Source of the DNA: Eledone cirrhosa
Taxonomy: Eukaryota
DNA: 64,000 bases
Reading direction: 5' to 3'
Assembly (NCBI GenBank): GCA_964016885.1
Contig: OZ024741.1
Coordinates: 186,930,001 to 186,994,000 of the forward strand
Position numbers and translations under genes: made by a program. Positions within the stretch are counted from its first letter, which is position 1, and the number at the start of each line of letters is the position of its first letter. Below the pieces are notes generated by a model. It did no database searches. It was not told the DNA's origin and saw only the letters and a list, made by a program, of their open reading frames with translations. Below, one piece after another: positions 34,512-48,053 of the stretch.

Positions 34512-35543
34512 AATATATATACACATATATGTGTACATAGACACATACATACACATCAATATACACTCGTACAAAAATATACATACATGCAAAGAGAAAA
34601 GCGTGCTAGTTGTAATTATGGCAAAAAGAAGGTAAAGTAACATTGTAGTAGTGAAAAACTAGGATCTAGGATCAAATGATTGCAGCAGCTGAGAAGGAGT
34701 AAGATTGTTGGTAGATGAGGTATTTACAGACAATTGTGTGGTATAGATTTGTGAAGGAAATAGTATACTTAATGAATATATTTCTGTGGGTAGTAGGTAT
34801 CCTAATTTAAAGCTATGTTATGTTGGTTCGATTCACGGAGGTTTGAATCTTATGAATTTAGTGGCTATTCTATGTCTGCAGAAGATAGATCTTTCTAACT
34901 TATTATTAAGTAGCCTTTTAACATTTCTAAGGATATACAATAGCTCAAGATCACACAGCCCGCAATAGGACATCCCTGTACTATAGGTTTTAGCAGCCGA
35001 CAACTTCGACCAGTTGATAGTGTAGCTAGCGTTGCTGTCCTTCAATTCCCATATTTTTCTGGCGAGGGTGGTGGAACCCATAAGTGCTCGGTTTTTCATG
35101 TATACTGTTGAAGATGAAGAGAAAGACTGTAAAAACTAGCTTATCTTTATAATTTAAAATTGATACACACTACGATACTTTTTGCCTTATGACAGCTGGT
35201 TTTCACGCCGTAACATTAGATACATTATATACCCCCCACCTAAGTAATGTCAGGGTCTCCTTAAATAGTTTATTGATAGCATTGTTGTAATAATTGTTGT
35301 TGTTATTGTTCTAATTGAATGCCATAACTACTCCATATTTTCTTTTCTTTTCTTGCCTGTGTATTTTCTTCATTCTCGCATGCTCCGAAGATCTGACTGG
35401 TTATAATTCTGTATTGGCGATCGAGTGACGCAAAATTAGGCGGATAGCGATCTCTAGACATACCAGTTCAGTGAAACAAATGTAAGTTATGTGATTAAAA
35501 ACTTTTTTGTATAGCAAACCATGTAAACTTTCTTTCCTGATTT
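33945..35543 (-). mobile_element. 5'-truncated PLE: endonuclease C-terminus between about 440 bp inverted repeats (33945-34384 / 35097-35543), each with a U4C hammerhead (33999-34104 -, 35382-35487 +)
   Basis: ORF 34833-35099 TTLARKIWELK...YTINW...YCGLCDLE...LLNNKLE...CRH; motif GCT-CCGAAGA-T-CTGACTGGT...ACCAGTTCAG-T-GAAAC-AAAT-GTA-AG(C/T). Confidence 0.88.
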
Positions 35544-36358
35544 ATTATTACTCCAAGTGTTTACAACATAGGAATTACAGCATACCCGCAGCATCACTAT
35601 GAAAACGCCTTGTTGAGTCAAACCAAGCCAAGCGTTAATATCATCCACTACCTGGAATACCATAACTGGACTTCACCTAAGTGGACTGCATTTAACTATT
35701 ATTTGTTAATCCGTATATATATATATATATATATATAGTAATTAAAGTTTAAATAGTCACTAATACCCAATCATCTCAATATATATAAATGAAAAATATA
35801 TATCTATATATATCTTTGTTCAATTGGCAATAAACGTAGAGGCTCGGACAAATGCATTTAGTTCTATGTCCTGAGATCTGATCCGCCAAAGAAAACTTTG
35901 CCATTCATTTCTCCGGAGTAAAAAAAAATAAAATACCAGTAAATTATTGGTGTCGATATAATCGACTTTTTCCTCCCCGAAAATCGCTGGCCCTTAGCTT
36001 AAATTAGAATTCATTCTTTAGGGCAGTAGATTCGTTATTTTGCGTTATATATTTCAGCTTTATATATTCTGAGTTCAAATAATGTATCACGTTGAATCTC
36101 TCTGAGAACTACGTCAAAGATACACGTGGCTATTGATTGCTCGACCGCTTGCACGTTACGTTTAAGGGCAGGTTTTGTCTTGATCGAATCAAGCGGTATA
36201 TTTGCCACCGTTACCTACAGATATCAATCGCACGATTAGATAAGATGCATACACAGACACACAGACGCACAGACAGAGACACACAGACAGAGACACACAG
36301 ACAGAGACACACAGACATACACACACACACACACACAGACAGACACACACACACACAC

Positions 36359-36390
<32 letters not shown>

Positions 36391-36574
36391 ATATATATTA
36401 TTTCTGGCAATACTATAACAATCTGACCCTCCCCAAATATAACAATATCTGTTTCAACAAACGATTTCATATCAAAGACCTTGCAAAACAAAGATATATA
36501 TAGATATATATTTTTCATTTATATATATTGAGATGATTGGGTATTAGTGACTATTTAAACTTTAATTACTATAC

Positions 36575-36646
<72 letters not shown>

Positions 36647-36809
36647 ATAAGTTTAAATTTAAGTAACCAGGATTTTAAAAATAAATCCATCTTTAATCTC
36701 TATGATCGTTTCTATACAAGTGATAGACATGCAAACAATGAATGAATCTTTTATAATTAATTAATAATTATTCACATAGCATATACACTTACATTTAATA
36801 TATGTATAT

Positions 36810-37520
36810 TAAATGGTTTCTGGTTAAGGCTCAAGGCCAATGATTTGGGGAGAGGCTTAGGGTTCAGGACTAAAAGCAGAGAGCGAAGGCTTCATCTTAG
36901 CTGCCCAAGATCAAAGCTTACTGACATGGAATTGCCAGGCCAATGTGATGAAAAATGGAGTAAATCCAAAGTGCTGATTCTGCAATGTTGCGGTTGAAAC
37001 AGTGGACCACTTAGTTTCTGGATGTAAAGTTTTAGCCCCAGTAGAGTACAAATATAGACATGTCAGAGTTGGCCAATATCTATACTAAGTAATATGTCGG
37101 TATTATAAAACCAAAGCTGCTGACAAGTGGTTCAATCGTCACCCTGAGGCTGTAACTGAAGTAGAAAAAGTAACAATTCTTTGGGCCTTTCCTATACATA
37201 CTGACCGGGCCATAAAAGCTAATAGACCAGATGTCATTGTAAAAGACTAACATTTGCAAGGTCTGTTTATTGATTGATATGAGCATCCCATGTGATCACA
37301 ATATCACGGCAAAAGAAATTGACAAGCTACGAAAATATAAAGAAATCTTATTGAAATCGAACAAATATGACACCTATAGGTCGAGAAAGCACTGAGAATG
37401 ATCAAGAAAGGAACTGAACAGTATTTGAGCATGATTCCTGGTTTACCCTCTCTGCAAGAGGTGCAAAAAATTGTTTTGACTGATACTGCACACCTACTGA
37501 GAAGTGCACTATCTCTGTAA
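36810..37520 (+). mobile_element. R4/Dong-clade non-LTR retrotransposon 3' fragment (CCHC plus RLE endonuclease)
   Basis: GLKAESEGFILAAQDQSL...C*FC...ETVDHLVSGC..LA..EYKYRH...ILW...TDRAIKANRPDVIV...K..KY. Confidence 0.9.
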
Positions 37521-37639
37521 GAATCATATCCCTCCATGTATGTATGTGTGGATGAGTGTGTGTATATGTGCGTGGATGTGCATATGTGTATATGTGTATA
37601 TGTATGTGTGTGTTTGCCTGTATATATGTATATCTACTA

Positions 37640-37840
37640 ATATTTATTTTGTCGACCCCCGTAAGAAGGAAAGGCAAAGTTAACCTCGGCGGGATTTGAA
37701 CTTAGACCGAAAAGGGACGTAACTCTATGCTGCAAAGCATGGCGTCCGACTCTCTACCGATACTGCCAATCTAAAATAATAACTGTTTCTACTTTTGGCA
37801 CAAAAAGCATGGCGTCGAACCCTCCACCGATACTGCCAAT
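37640..37840 (-). mobile_element. Nin/Deu-core SINE fragments
   Basis: Reverse complement of the SINE head and core. Confidence 0.85.
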
Positions 37841-37865
37841 TCAAGGCCCTTCTATGATAATAACA

Positions 37866-38232
37866 TGAAGAAGAAGAAGAAGAAGAAGAAGAAGAAGAAG
37901 AAGAAGAAGAAGAAGAAAAGAAAAAGAAGAAGAAGAAGAAGAAGAAGAAGAAGAAGAAGAAGAAGAAGAAGAAGAAAAAGAAGAAAAAGAAGAAGAAGAA
38001 GAAGAAGAAGAAGAAGAAGAAGAAGAAGAAGAAGAAGAAGAAGAAGAAAAAGAAGGAGAAGAAAAAAAAAGAAGAAGGAGGAGAAGAAGAAGAAGAAGAA
38101 GAAGAAGAAGAAGAAGAAGAAAAAGAAGGAGAAGAAAAAAAAAGAAGGAGGAGAAGAAGAAGAAGAAGAAGAAGAAGAAGAAGAAAAAGAAGAAGAAGAA
38201 GAAGAAGAAGAAGAAGAAGAAGAAGAAGAAGA
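37866..38232. repeat. (GAA)n-type polypurine microsatellite, about 365 bp
   Basis: Direct reading. Confidence 0.97.
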
Positions 38233-38458
38233 ATTTAATCATTAAAAATAATTATGAATAACCCATACCAGAGATTCTATTATGTTTTAGTACCTAATAT
38301 TATTGTACTCGTTCATCAAAATGTTCCACGATCAACACATATTTAATTAGAGTTAGCACATTAATATATGTCACTATGGATGTATGTATATTTGTATGTA
38401 TGCATGTAGTATATATATGTGTATATATGTGTCTTTGTGTATGTGATTGTATATTTAA

Positions 38459-38496
<38 letters not shown>

Positions 38497-38571
38497 GAGA
38501 GAGAGAGAACAAGAATTTATTCGGAAGATTTATATTAAAATGTTTCGACGGGTTTAACGACTATACCTATA

Positions 38572-38642
<71 letters not shown>

Positions 38643-38693
38643 TATACACGTATATATAAATATATATATATATATATATTTATATATACCTGC

Positions 38694-38756
<63 letters not shown>

Positions 38757-38902
38757 ATCAGTATGTATATTAATGTGTGTGTATATATCAGTGTCTAATT
38801 GTACGTTATTTTTTCCTATTTTTCAATCTACCATTACAACCTTCCACATTTTCTTCTGCTTTGCTTCCTAGATTAAGTAATATTTAATTAAAACATTATT
38901 AG

Positions 38903-38938
<36 letters not shown>

Positions 38939-39014
38939 CCCTTTCTGGCCAACCAGCTTTAACCAATTAATGGTTTTTCTCAACATATCGGCTGCGAAAC
39001 TCGTCAAAATAAAT

Positions 39015-39046
39015 TACATTTTATGATCCAAACTAAAGATTCGGTG

Positions 39047-39096
<50 letters not shown>

Positions 39097-39123
39097 CACC
39101 GAATCTTTAGTTTGGATCATAAA

Positions 39124-39128
<5 letters not shown>
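39015..39128. repeat. Perfect palindrome centred on a (TA)n tract
   Basis: TACATTTTATGATCCAAACTAAAGATTCGGTGAT-(TA)n-ATCACCGAATCTTTAGTTTGGATCATAAAATGTA. Confidence 0.92.
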
Positions 39129-39169
<41 letters not shown>

Positions 39170-39303
39170 GAACGTAGAGAGGTGACACACGAGTTGATAT
39201 AAATAATTGTAAAAAAGAAAAAAATCAGTAGAAAACGCTAAAGGGATTTTCTCTCGGTATAACAGCAAAACATCTATTTACAAAATAGGGATTTCCGCAT
39301 TTT

Positions 39304-39339
39304 TCGTACCGGTTTCAGCTTGTAGGCTTCTTCATCCGA
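39304..39339 (-). ncRNA. Decayed minimal hammerhead
   Basis: TCG-g-ATGAAGA-AGC-ctacaa-GCT-GAAA-CCGG-TA-CGA (C3 replaced by A). Confidence 0.55.
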
Positions 39340-39591
39340 CGGACGTGTATAATGCAATTAAATTGCATATTAATAAGAACAATAAGAATATCGGATAAAC
39401 ATTTTTTTATAAACATATATATAGTGAAAAGTTCACATTTTTACCTGTAGTTTTATTTCTTTCTCTCTTGGTGTTGACCTAAGTTTTGTCACCATTAATA
39501 GTGGAAGTAGCAGGGAAGAATCAATTCGTTCTGTTGAAGCTGTGGACCTCGAATATATATATGTATATATATGTATGTATATATATATATA

Positions 39592-40751
39592 TTGGGTTGA
39601 ACAGAAAGTTCCTGCCGTTTTTCAAAAGAAGGCATTTTGATGGAGAATTCTGGAAATGTTGAAATTTGCGAATGAGCACATACATAAGACGTTACAGCGG
39701 TTTGCACTAAGTGAATTTCTCATACTTTGTATTGCTGTCAAATGGAACTCAACATGGATGTATCCAAATCTTTATTCCTGTTTGTCTACTTTATGACATC
39801 AAATCCTACCTAAGCACAGCAACATCGAATCGTCGCATTAACAATGCATTTGAGTCACTCTCTATGTCTGAACACAGTGTCAGAGATTGGATCGCTCATT
39901 CTGTTCCGGTGATTACAGCCTTGAAGTTTCACCCTGCGCATGACGTCCATCTGACTTCAATGTCGACCCACGGCAAACCATCATGTCAACTCTCCGAAGT
40001 GCTTGGGGCATCAAAACCAGCATCCTCCATCACTTGCATGCAATAAGGAAGGTGTCCAAGCTGGACCAATGGGTGCCCCACAATATGACTGACCGAAATC
40101 GTGAATGTCGGGTGTCGACGTTTCTGCTCTTCTAACATCGCACAACCAACTGGTTACGTTCCATTCTCACTTGTGATGAAAATTGCTGTCTCTATATTTA
40201 TGTCAAACGCAAGTGATTGTTGGTTGATAAAGGGCTGGCGGCACAACAGAAAGCAAAAGCTGGCCTCCACGCTTACAAGGCCTTACTGAGCCTCTGATGG
40301 GACTAGAAAGGTTTCATCCACTACGAATTGCTCCCACCGAAAACCAGCATAACTACTGACGTCTATGGCCAACAACTTGACAGATACGCGGCAAAATGTT
40401 CACAGGTGTGCCCACACAATTGTTCTGCTCGATTCCTTCCAGATAATGCCGGGTCATCAAATATGAACCGAGAAAAGCTGCTGGGGCTATGTTGAGAGGT
40501 TCTGCCCCATCTGCCGTATTCGTCCGACCTTTTGCTCTCAATGAGCAATGGAATGCAGTCAAAGACCATCACCAACGAAGAGGAGTTAAATCAGCGGCTG
40601 TTGGAATTCTTTCCATGGAAGCCAGAAGAATTCTACAGTAAAAGAATCACGAAGTCAGACGGTAATCGCAAATGATGGCGATTATTTTGACTTATAATGT
40701 TAAACATGGCAAAACCAATAAATAAAACTGAAAAACATTCTGTCCAAACAA
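39592..40751 (+). mobile_element. Decayed mariner DNA transposon
   Basis: WVPHN(M), ILTCDEN, DNA and LPHLPYSSDL (cf. YSPDL) motifs across frames; degenerate TIRs TTGGGTTGAACAGAAAGTT / AACATTCTGTCCAAACAA; flanking TA. Confidence 0.9.
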
Positions 40752-40848
40752 ATATATATATATATATGAATGTTTTTATATATATATAGATATATAAATA
40801 CATACACACACACATGCACACACACATACACACACACACACGCACACA

Positions 40849-40958
<110 letters not shown>

Positions 40959-41192
40959 CATATATATAAAGAGGAAAATGCGATTTTAGAGTATTATATT
41001 AATTGAGCCATTATACATATTTCCATGGCGATAGATGTCGCTCAATTAATAAAAGACGCCAACATCTACAACGCATTTTCTTCTTTATATATACACCGTC
41101 GTCCTGGTTTTAAAGAAGTAATATGACATCGAGTGCTTGTAATATGACATTGCTTCCTTGTATACCGAATATATATATGTGTAATATATATG

Positions 41193-41235
<43 letters not shown>

Positions 41236-41441
41236 TTTCTGAATTTGTTTAGCAAGATTCTTTATCTGAAAACGTGTGTTGAAACCGATATTGTTATACT
41301 TTTGGGGGGTCATATTGCCAATAAGAAACACACGCACCAGTTGCTTTTACTTCAATTTATTATAATAAATTTATAAATTTAGGAATTTATAAATTTCCGG
41401 TTGGTTGGTTGGTTCCACAACCAGATGGTTGTTTATATATT

Positions 41442-41484
41442 GTCAAAGTTCTTTCGTCACACATTCTGTGACCTCTTCAGTGAC
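41442..41484 (-). ncRNA. Intact minimal type I hammerhead in a PLE terminus (41230-41555)
   Basis: GTCA-CTGAAGA-G-GTCAC-agaatgt-GTGAC-GAAA-GAAC-TT-TGAC. Confidence 0.88.
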
Positions 41485-41557
41485 TGGGGATTCCTTTCTT
41501 TGTTTTTGTGCCTCTCCTTTATTCTGTCCTACGTCATCTTGTTTCTGTGTGTGTGAT

Positions 41558-41624
<67 letters not shown>

Positions 41625-41859
41625 TAGATAGATATATAGATATATTTCTTTATTTGCCATAAAGGCATAAAAAGAAGGGACAAATACAAAGGGGGAGTTT
41701 ACATACAATCGAGTAAAAAGGGTGCAACATGAAAATAATCGAAAATAACCTCAAAAGGGAGGGGACGTGATGGGGGTTGCACACACCCCCGAAAAATTGT
41801 GCAATCCTTTGCCCGGGGAGCACATGGAGAAGGTGCTCCCCTCTCCTTTACTTCTTTAC

Positions 41860-44800
41860 CTACAGGATGGTATACAGAGAAGGCCCATTTACACGAGCCA
41901 TTCTCGCCACTATCACACACCTTTCATAAAACTGCCTGTGGCCAAGCACCTCTCTCTCCATTCTTATCCTTCTTCCGAAGTGATATCGGAAGAAGTAGAC
42001 CAGACTATGGCCAGAGAGGAAGTTGCCTGACCTCAGACCTTTCAATCGTGTCCACCAAACAACTTCTTTCAACATGGCTATTACGCACAGAAAAACCGCC
42101 TTTTCTTCCTTTGTGAAGAGGGGAGGCGGTTTGATTGTCATCACGGACTCGGCGGTCAATTGAATCGGCGCCACCCGCGACAGCAGTCGTTCAGCGTAGC
42201 CCCACAGATCAGCCACGCCCGGACATTGCACCAATGCGTGCGCAACGGTTTCTTCGTGACGCACGCATCTAGGGCAAATCTTTTTTGAGGGATCCCTGCC
42301 CGGGCGCCCGTGTCTGTAGAGCCTCTCTCGAACGGGTAGAGCCCCTCGGTAGCACTGCCAGGCCAGTGACTTCTGGAAGTTGTCCATTGGTCCTGGGCCG
42401 AAAGTCCTACCGAACAGGCTGGCCAGTTCGTCTTCCTCCATGTCCAGCGACTCTCCAAGGGTGTCGTCGCCACTGCTAGCCACCAGCCCTCTATAGAATG
42501 ATGAGGTGGATTCTCCACCGATGGCCTGGCCCGCTTGACAGAGAGCCCTGAGCGCCTGAGCACACTCAGTGTGCCAGTCTCCCAGTTTTCCGGATCTTTG
42601 CTTGACCCAGGACTGTAGCTCGTGAGCGAGACGAGTCTCGGAAAGGCTCGTTTCACGAACGGAGCCCAGACCGGTTGACCAGTGAGGAATACCTGTAGGT
42701 GCCGTAGCCTTAATGCGTGCCTACGCATCATCAACCACGGCATCCCCAGCCCTCCTTTCGAAGGTTGTTGGCATCAGATGGATCTTCTCACCATAGGAGG
42801 GCGCTTCTTCCAAAGAAATTGGAAGAGCATGCGTTCCATGGTGGTGAGTGTTTCCTTAGGGCAAGGCACGACAGTCAGGCGGTAGTAAGTGACGGACGCT
42901 ATGTAAATGTTCGCCACCTCCGCCCGGCCTTTTAGGGACAGCTTACACTTGGCCCATTTCTGGGTTAGTGCAAACACCTTGTTCGTAACCTCGTTCCAGT
43001 TCTTTTCCACCTGGAGGTCCGGTCCAAACCAGACCCCAAGCAACTTTACCGGGCCCTCCGTCCAGTGTCCGACGACACCGTCGGGAGGCATCGGTCTTCC
43101 ACTCCACGTTCCGAGTTGCAGCCCGATGGATTTTTCCCGGTTCAGTTTCGCTCCTGACAACCTTTCGTAATCCTCCAGTAAGGTACCGATCGCCTCGATC
43201 TCCGAGTCGGTCGATACCATTACTGTTACGTCATCGGCGTAGGCCGACACCGCTTTGCTCAATCCTGGTTACAGGGGGATACCCTGCAACAACTCCAACT
43301 TCCTCAGTAAAGGCTCGAGAGTCAATACGTACAGAAGGGAGGAGAGAGGGCACCCCTGTCGAATGGATCGTGTGATTTCGAACGGCTTCGAAAGGTAGCC
43401 GTTCACCTTGATCCTAGAACAGATGTGGTTGCTATGTAAGGCAGTGATCCAGCCTCTGAAAACAGGACCGAACCCAGCCGCCGCTAGCACCGCATCCAGG
43501 TAACCATGGTCGACCCTATCGAAGGCCTTAGACTGATCCAAGTTGATCAGGGCCCCACCGAAGCCGGGTTTGTTGCCAACCCTCTCTATGATGTATCGCA
43601 TGAGGTGGAGGTTATCGTGAATGGATCTGGATGGGATAGCACATGTCTGCGCATCTCCCACCAGGCCACCCACGACAAGCGCCAACCTCTTTGCTAACAC
43701 CTTGGCCAAAATCTTTAACTCTGTGTTTAGCAGGGTTATGGGCCGAAAATTATTTATACTATCTCCCTTGTTCTCGTCTTTCCTCACCAGCGTAACTACG
43801 CCCTTGGCTACAGAACAAGGAATTCTCCCGTTCTGCTGCCAATTGCAGTAGACCGCTTCGAGGAGTTCGGAGAAGAAGACCGGCATTGCTAAATAAAGTT
43901 CGTAAGGTATACCATCGAGACCTGGAGATTTGCGTCTGCTGCATTGGCTCAGCGCATCTCCGATCTCATCAGCCGAGATTGGTCCCTCGCAGGACTCTGC
44001 CTCTTCGCTCGAGAGACGCGGTAGGCCGTCGAGGTATGGACCGAAATCCACGTCCCCGCCCGGACCCTTGCCTCCCCCGAACAATCGGGCAAAGTGCCTT
44101 TGAAAGGCCTCGCACATCTGCTTAGGCTCCCGGATCACCCGTCCATCTTCGTCTTGCAACGACCGGATGGTGGATCGATTTCCACTCTTAGCTTCTGTCA
44201 CGCGGGCCCAGCCAACGGCTTTGGCCCCTCATTACCTAGAGCACGTATTTTACTTCGAATGACGCAGCCTTCGTGCTTTGCATCGAAAAACTGGTTCAAG
44301 GCCGTCCTCGATGCCAGCACTCTGGCCACATCTTCGCTCTTGATTGCCTCTTCTAATTTACCTGTTAATTCTTTCTCGTTTCTATTCCTATCGGCAGCTA
44401 ACATCTTGCTATAACTTATTGATTCTGTTCTAATCTCTCTTTTGAGAGATGCCCACCATCGGTTGTTGACGATTGCACCCGTCAACCTCTCCTTAACTAA
44501 TCTGCTAATCCGGTTTCTGTAAGTTTCTTTTGCCGGTAAAGACAAATTAAGTTTCCAGTAACCGGGACCCTGTTTATGTGTTTTCTCGAGATTGACTACG
44601 CAGGTCACTAATTTGTGATCCGTGTAGCCAACCGTGCGCATTTCTGGACAGCTTAATATGTTCCTATCCTTACTTCTAACTAAGAATCTATCTAAGTACG
44701 ATCTAGATTGACCACTGTGGTTTCTCCAAGTCCAGGTAGGCACAGTTGGAAAATCTAGTCGATATCTATCGACCAAGTTAAAACGGTCGAGTAACCCCTT

Positions 44801-45295
44801 GAGGCTGTTACATCCCCCTCTATTAGGACATGCTCCTGCATAGTCCCAACGTGCATCTAGGATGTCATTCCAATCCCCCGCTAGAAGCAGGGAACGCGAC
44901 GTTCCCAGAAAAGTCTCTAAACGCTGGAAGAAGTCGGGCCGTTCAGCTCCGAAAGGGGAGTAGACGGCGACCAGTCTTAAGGCCGCACCTTCACTACTAC
45001 CAACGTCTAGCACCAACAAACGACCCTCCGGGTCCGAGTGCACAACCTGTACGGCAAGACCCAGGTGTTTTTGCAGCAGTACGACAACCCCACCCCCACC
45101 TCCAGGTTGACAGAGAGATGCATGCACCTCAAAGTCATCGAAGGTAGGGGCCAGCTGCCGCACGACGCTGATCCGAGTCTCACAGATAACCATTACATTT
45201 ATACCACATGACCTGAGGTCATTTAGAAGCTTTGCTTGCTTCCAAGTTGAGCCCAGGCCACGTGCATTTAAACATCCTACTCTTAACACATCCAT
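41860..45295 (-). pseudogene. Tx1-like ORF2 (APE endonuclease, RT, zinc finger) broken by frameshifts
   Basis: LNARGL, AGDWN, SYLDRFL, TDHK (APE); KSPGLDG, NFRPITLLN, LDQSKAFDRV, IRQGCPLS, YADD (RT); CPRC...ETVAHALVQC. Confidence 0.95.
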
Positions 45296-45328
45296 GTGGG
45301 CGGCAGAGCCAAAGGAGAGTGTAGAGAC

Positions 45329-47059
45329 CTACCTTTCCGCTTCCCGGGGTTCGGGTCGCACGACTTCCATGGGTCGGGGGGTGTTGGGTGAAGGGGTGTC
45401 TTGTGGTGGTGTGGGGTCGTCAGTGTGTGGTGGGGTTAGGGTGTTTGGAGTTGTGTTGGGGAGGGGAAGGGGAGGGGGAAAGCTTTTTAGTAGGACGCGG
45501 TTTATGCGTTTGAGAGAGGGTGGTCCTACGTTCTCCTTAAAATCCTTTTTTAGTTTTTGGTAGAGGTTCATTGGGATCTTTATTAATTTTAAATGTGGGT
45601 AGTTTTCTGAAGAAACAAAGTTTACACCTTCGGTTTGTACCGAAGGATTATTGTATAGGAGTTCATTTAATTTATTATTGTTTCTGTTGATGTAAGTATA
45701 GTGTAATGTCTTTTTTTCGGATGGTGTGAGTGTTTCGAAGAGGGGAGGGGCAGGTTTGGTTTTGTTTGTTGCTGGAGGGGTGTTTTCTGTTTTGTTGGAT
45801 TGTGTTGAGATTTGGGTGGGGGTTGTTTGGCCTTGTGTTTTTTGCACATGTTTTCTTTTTTTCCTTTTAATCTGTCTGAAGGACTCCGTTTCTTCATCCG
45901 AATTCGTTGGGTTATCTTCAGTGTTGGAGGGAAGAGGTATGTTTGCTGGTAATGTTTCCGTGTTGGTTTTCTTTGTGGGGGAGATGGATGTCACTATGTT
46001 AGACTGTGTTGTGTATTGTGTCTGCGGTGGTTGTGTTGTTTTATTGAGTGAGGGGTTGGGTGGGCCTGTATTTTGTTTTGGGGTAATGTGTTGTGACTGT
46101 TTGTGTTGTGGTGGTGGTGTAGTTTTACTGAGGGACGGGTTGGGTGGGACTGAGTTTTGTTGTTTGTTTATCTGTTGTGGTGGTGGTGGTGGAGCTGGTG
46201 TTGGTAGCAGGGTTTTCTTTTTGTTGAGTTGGGGACAAGCGGCCTTCAGGTGCCCTCTGCCTGCACAGATATGATAGGATGGCCTTCTCCCCTCCACGCT
46301 AATGTTTATATACCCGTGGCCCTCTAATAGGATTCTGTCGGGTATTTGGGCGATGCGTTCAGGCTTCATTTGTACTACCAGCTCTATACCTGTTCCACTG
46401 AACGCATTGCCTGTGGTTTTCCCAATGGAAATCACGTTGTCATTCACTGGATCGATGAAGCCAGCTATGAGCCAGCAGTAGTCCACATCTGGCATCATTG
46501 CATCCAGCCATATGCGTTGAGTTCTTTTACCCATATAAGATGGATAAAAGGTAAAACTTTTCGAACGAATCGGTGACAAAGCACATTTTTTTGCCGCCGA
46601 TTCGTTCTTCATAATAATTGCTAGGCTTCCATAGAGTCTGTCTTTTCTTATGAAAGTGGTTTCATTAAGTACTTCTGTGAGTACTGTTTTGATATCTGCT
46701 TGAGAAGGCTGTTCAGGTTTTTTTGAAGTGTTGTTGATGGTGCGGAACACGACCGTTCTACTTTCAATGTCTTTGGTGAGTTCTTGAGGCATTTTAACCG
46801 ATAAAATACCATTCTCTCCTTCACTTATGTATTGTTTGGCGTCTGTGATTTTTCGTGCCACATCTGAAATATTTTCGGGTATATATGTCAAAGATTTCTT
46901 TGTTTTTTGTGCAAATGAAATCTTGACTCTGTCGTCTGCTTTGCTTTCTGTTATGGTTTTATTTTCAAATGTTATTTTTGTGTTTGTTGTGTCTTTATTT
47001 GTGGTGTTAGTATTGTCATGCAATTTTTCAAATTTTTTTTTTTCGTTGTTGGAATCCAT
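45329..47059 (-). CDS. Tx1-like ORF1 (gag-like nucleic-acid-binding protein), 576 aa
   Basis: Open frame; zinc-knuckle-like YHICAGRGHLKAAC (first Cys replaced by Tyr); Pro/Thr-rich tail; directly upstream of the APE ORF. Confidence 0.85.
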   Translation of the reverse strand: MDSNNEKKKFEKLHDNTNTTNKDTTNTKITFENKTITESKADDRVKISFAQKTKKSLTYIPENISDVARKITDAKQYISEGENGILSVKMPQELTKDIESRTVVFRTINNTSKKPEQPSQADIKTVLTEVLNETTFIRKDRLYGSLAIIMKNESAAKKCALSPIRSKSFTFYPSYMGKRTQRIWLDAMMPDVDYCWLIAGFIDPVNDNVISIGKTTGNAFSGTGIELVVQMKPERIAQIPDRILLEGHGYINISVEGRRPSYHICAGRGHLKAACPQLNKKKTLLPTPAPPPPPQQINKQQNSVPPNPSLSKTTPPPQHKQSQHITPKQNTGPPNPSLNKTTQPPQTQYTTQSNIVTSISPTKKTNTETLPANIPLPSNTEDNPTNSDEETESFRQIKRKKRKHVQKTQGQTTPTQISTQSNKTENTPPATNKTKPAPPLFETLTPSEKKTLHYTYINRNNNKLNELLYNNPSVQTEGVNFVSSENYPHLKLIKIPMNLYQKLKKDFKENVGPPSLKRINRVLLKSFPPPLPLPNTTPNTLTPPHTDDPTPPQDTPSPNTPRPMEVVRPEPREAER

Positions 47060-47472
47060 GTCCAGATTTGTGTTTTCGTCATTTTTTTTCCGCAGATTCT
47101 TCTGTTTTTATTTTTATTTTTCCTTCCTTCTCTATGACGTTAGTTGGGAAGGAAGGGGGGACTAAAGCGTGTGAGCTTACAACTCTTACCGCTGTCCCCC
47201 CACCACTGTTTTCGTTCGCTTCGTTTAACATTTCTGTCAGACGATTGAAAATTTTTTTTTTTTTTTTTGCCACAAAATTTAAAAAAGCAGGTTTTTCACC
47301 TCTAGGAGGGGTAAAAATGAGCTGACCCACCGTCTGACAGTTCAGACGGGGGGTCAAGCTACACAATAGTATCAAAATTAAATTTGAACTTACAAAATTT
47401 CCGCAATAAATTTGAACAAAACTTCTGCGCGAGTTGAATTACATCCACACTGTAGAACAGACGACAGCTAGA

Positions 47473-47513
<41 letters not shown>

Positions 47514-47725
47514 GTGCTTCCTGTGTCAACAAGTTTTTTTTATATGGTGAGCTTAGATATTATGCAGCTTTGAATGTTTTTAAGTTTGTTTTGTAAGTTT
47601 ATCCGAAGGACACTTGCAGTGTGAATGACCTCCGCATGCATTTTTTAGTTGTTTGGACTGATACGGTTAATGTTTATTACCTTCTAAACTTGTCACACTC
47701 AGCTGTCACGTCGACATATACTCCA

Positions 47726-47778
<53 letters not shown>

Positions 47779-47866
47779 CCCCCCTCTCTCTCTCTCTCTC
47801 TGTCCCCCCTCTCTCTCTCCATCACACACGTACACATACACACACACACACACACACACAAACATA

Positions 47867-47938
<72 letters not shown>

Positions 47939-48053
47939 CATATGTATGTATTGAGTGTGTGTTATGGTTGACGTTGTTGTTCTAGCTCACACTTGCCAAT
48001 ATTTAGCGGGCGCATGTAATATCAAATGAAGTTTCTTTGTTCTTTCTTGGTAG

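Larger units (their letters stand above)
41641..47470 (-). mobile_element. Near-full-length Tx1/L1-clade non-LTR retrotransposon (ORF1 plus frameshifted ORF2)
   Basis: ORF1, APE endonuclease, RT and C-terminal CCHC finger in order; AATAAA near the 3' end followed by (TATC)n. Confidence 0.95.

Noticed and set aside
45726-46274. 182-aa Cys/Gly/Val-rich plus-strand ORF and other plus-strand ORFs in 41767-47325
   Set aside because: Antisense shadows of the Tx1 ORFs.
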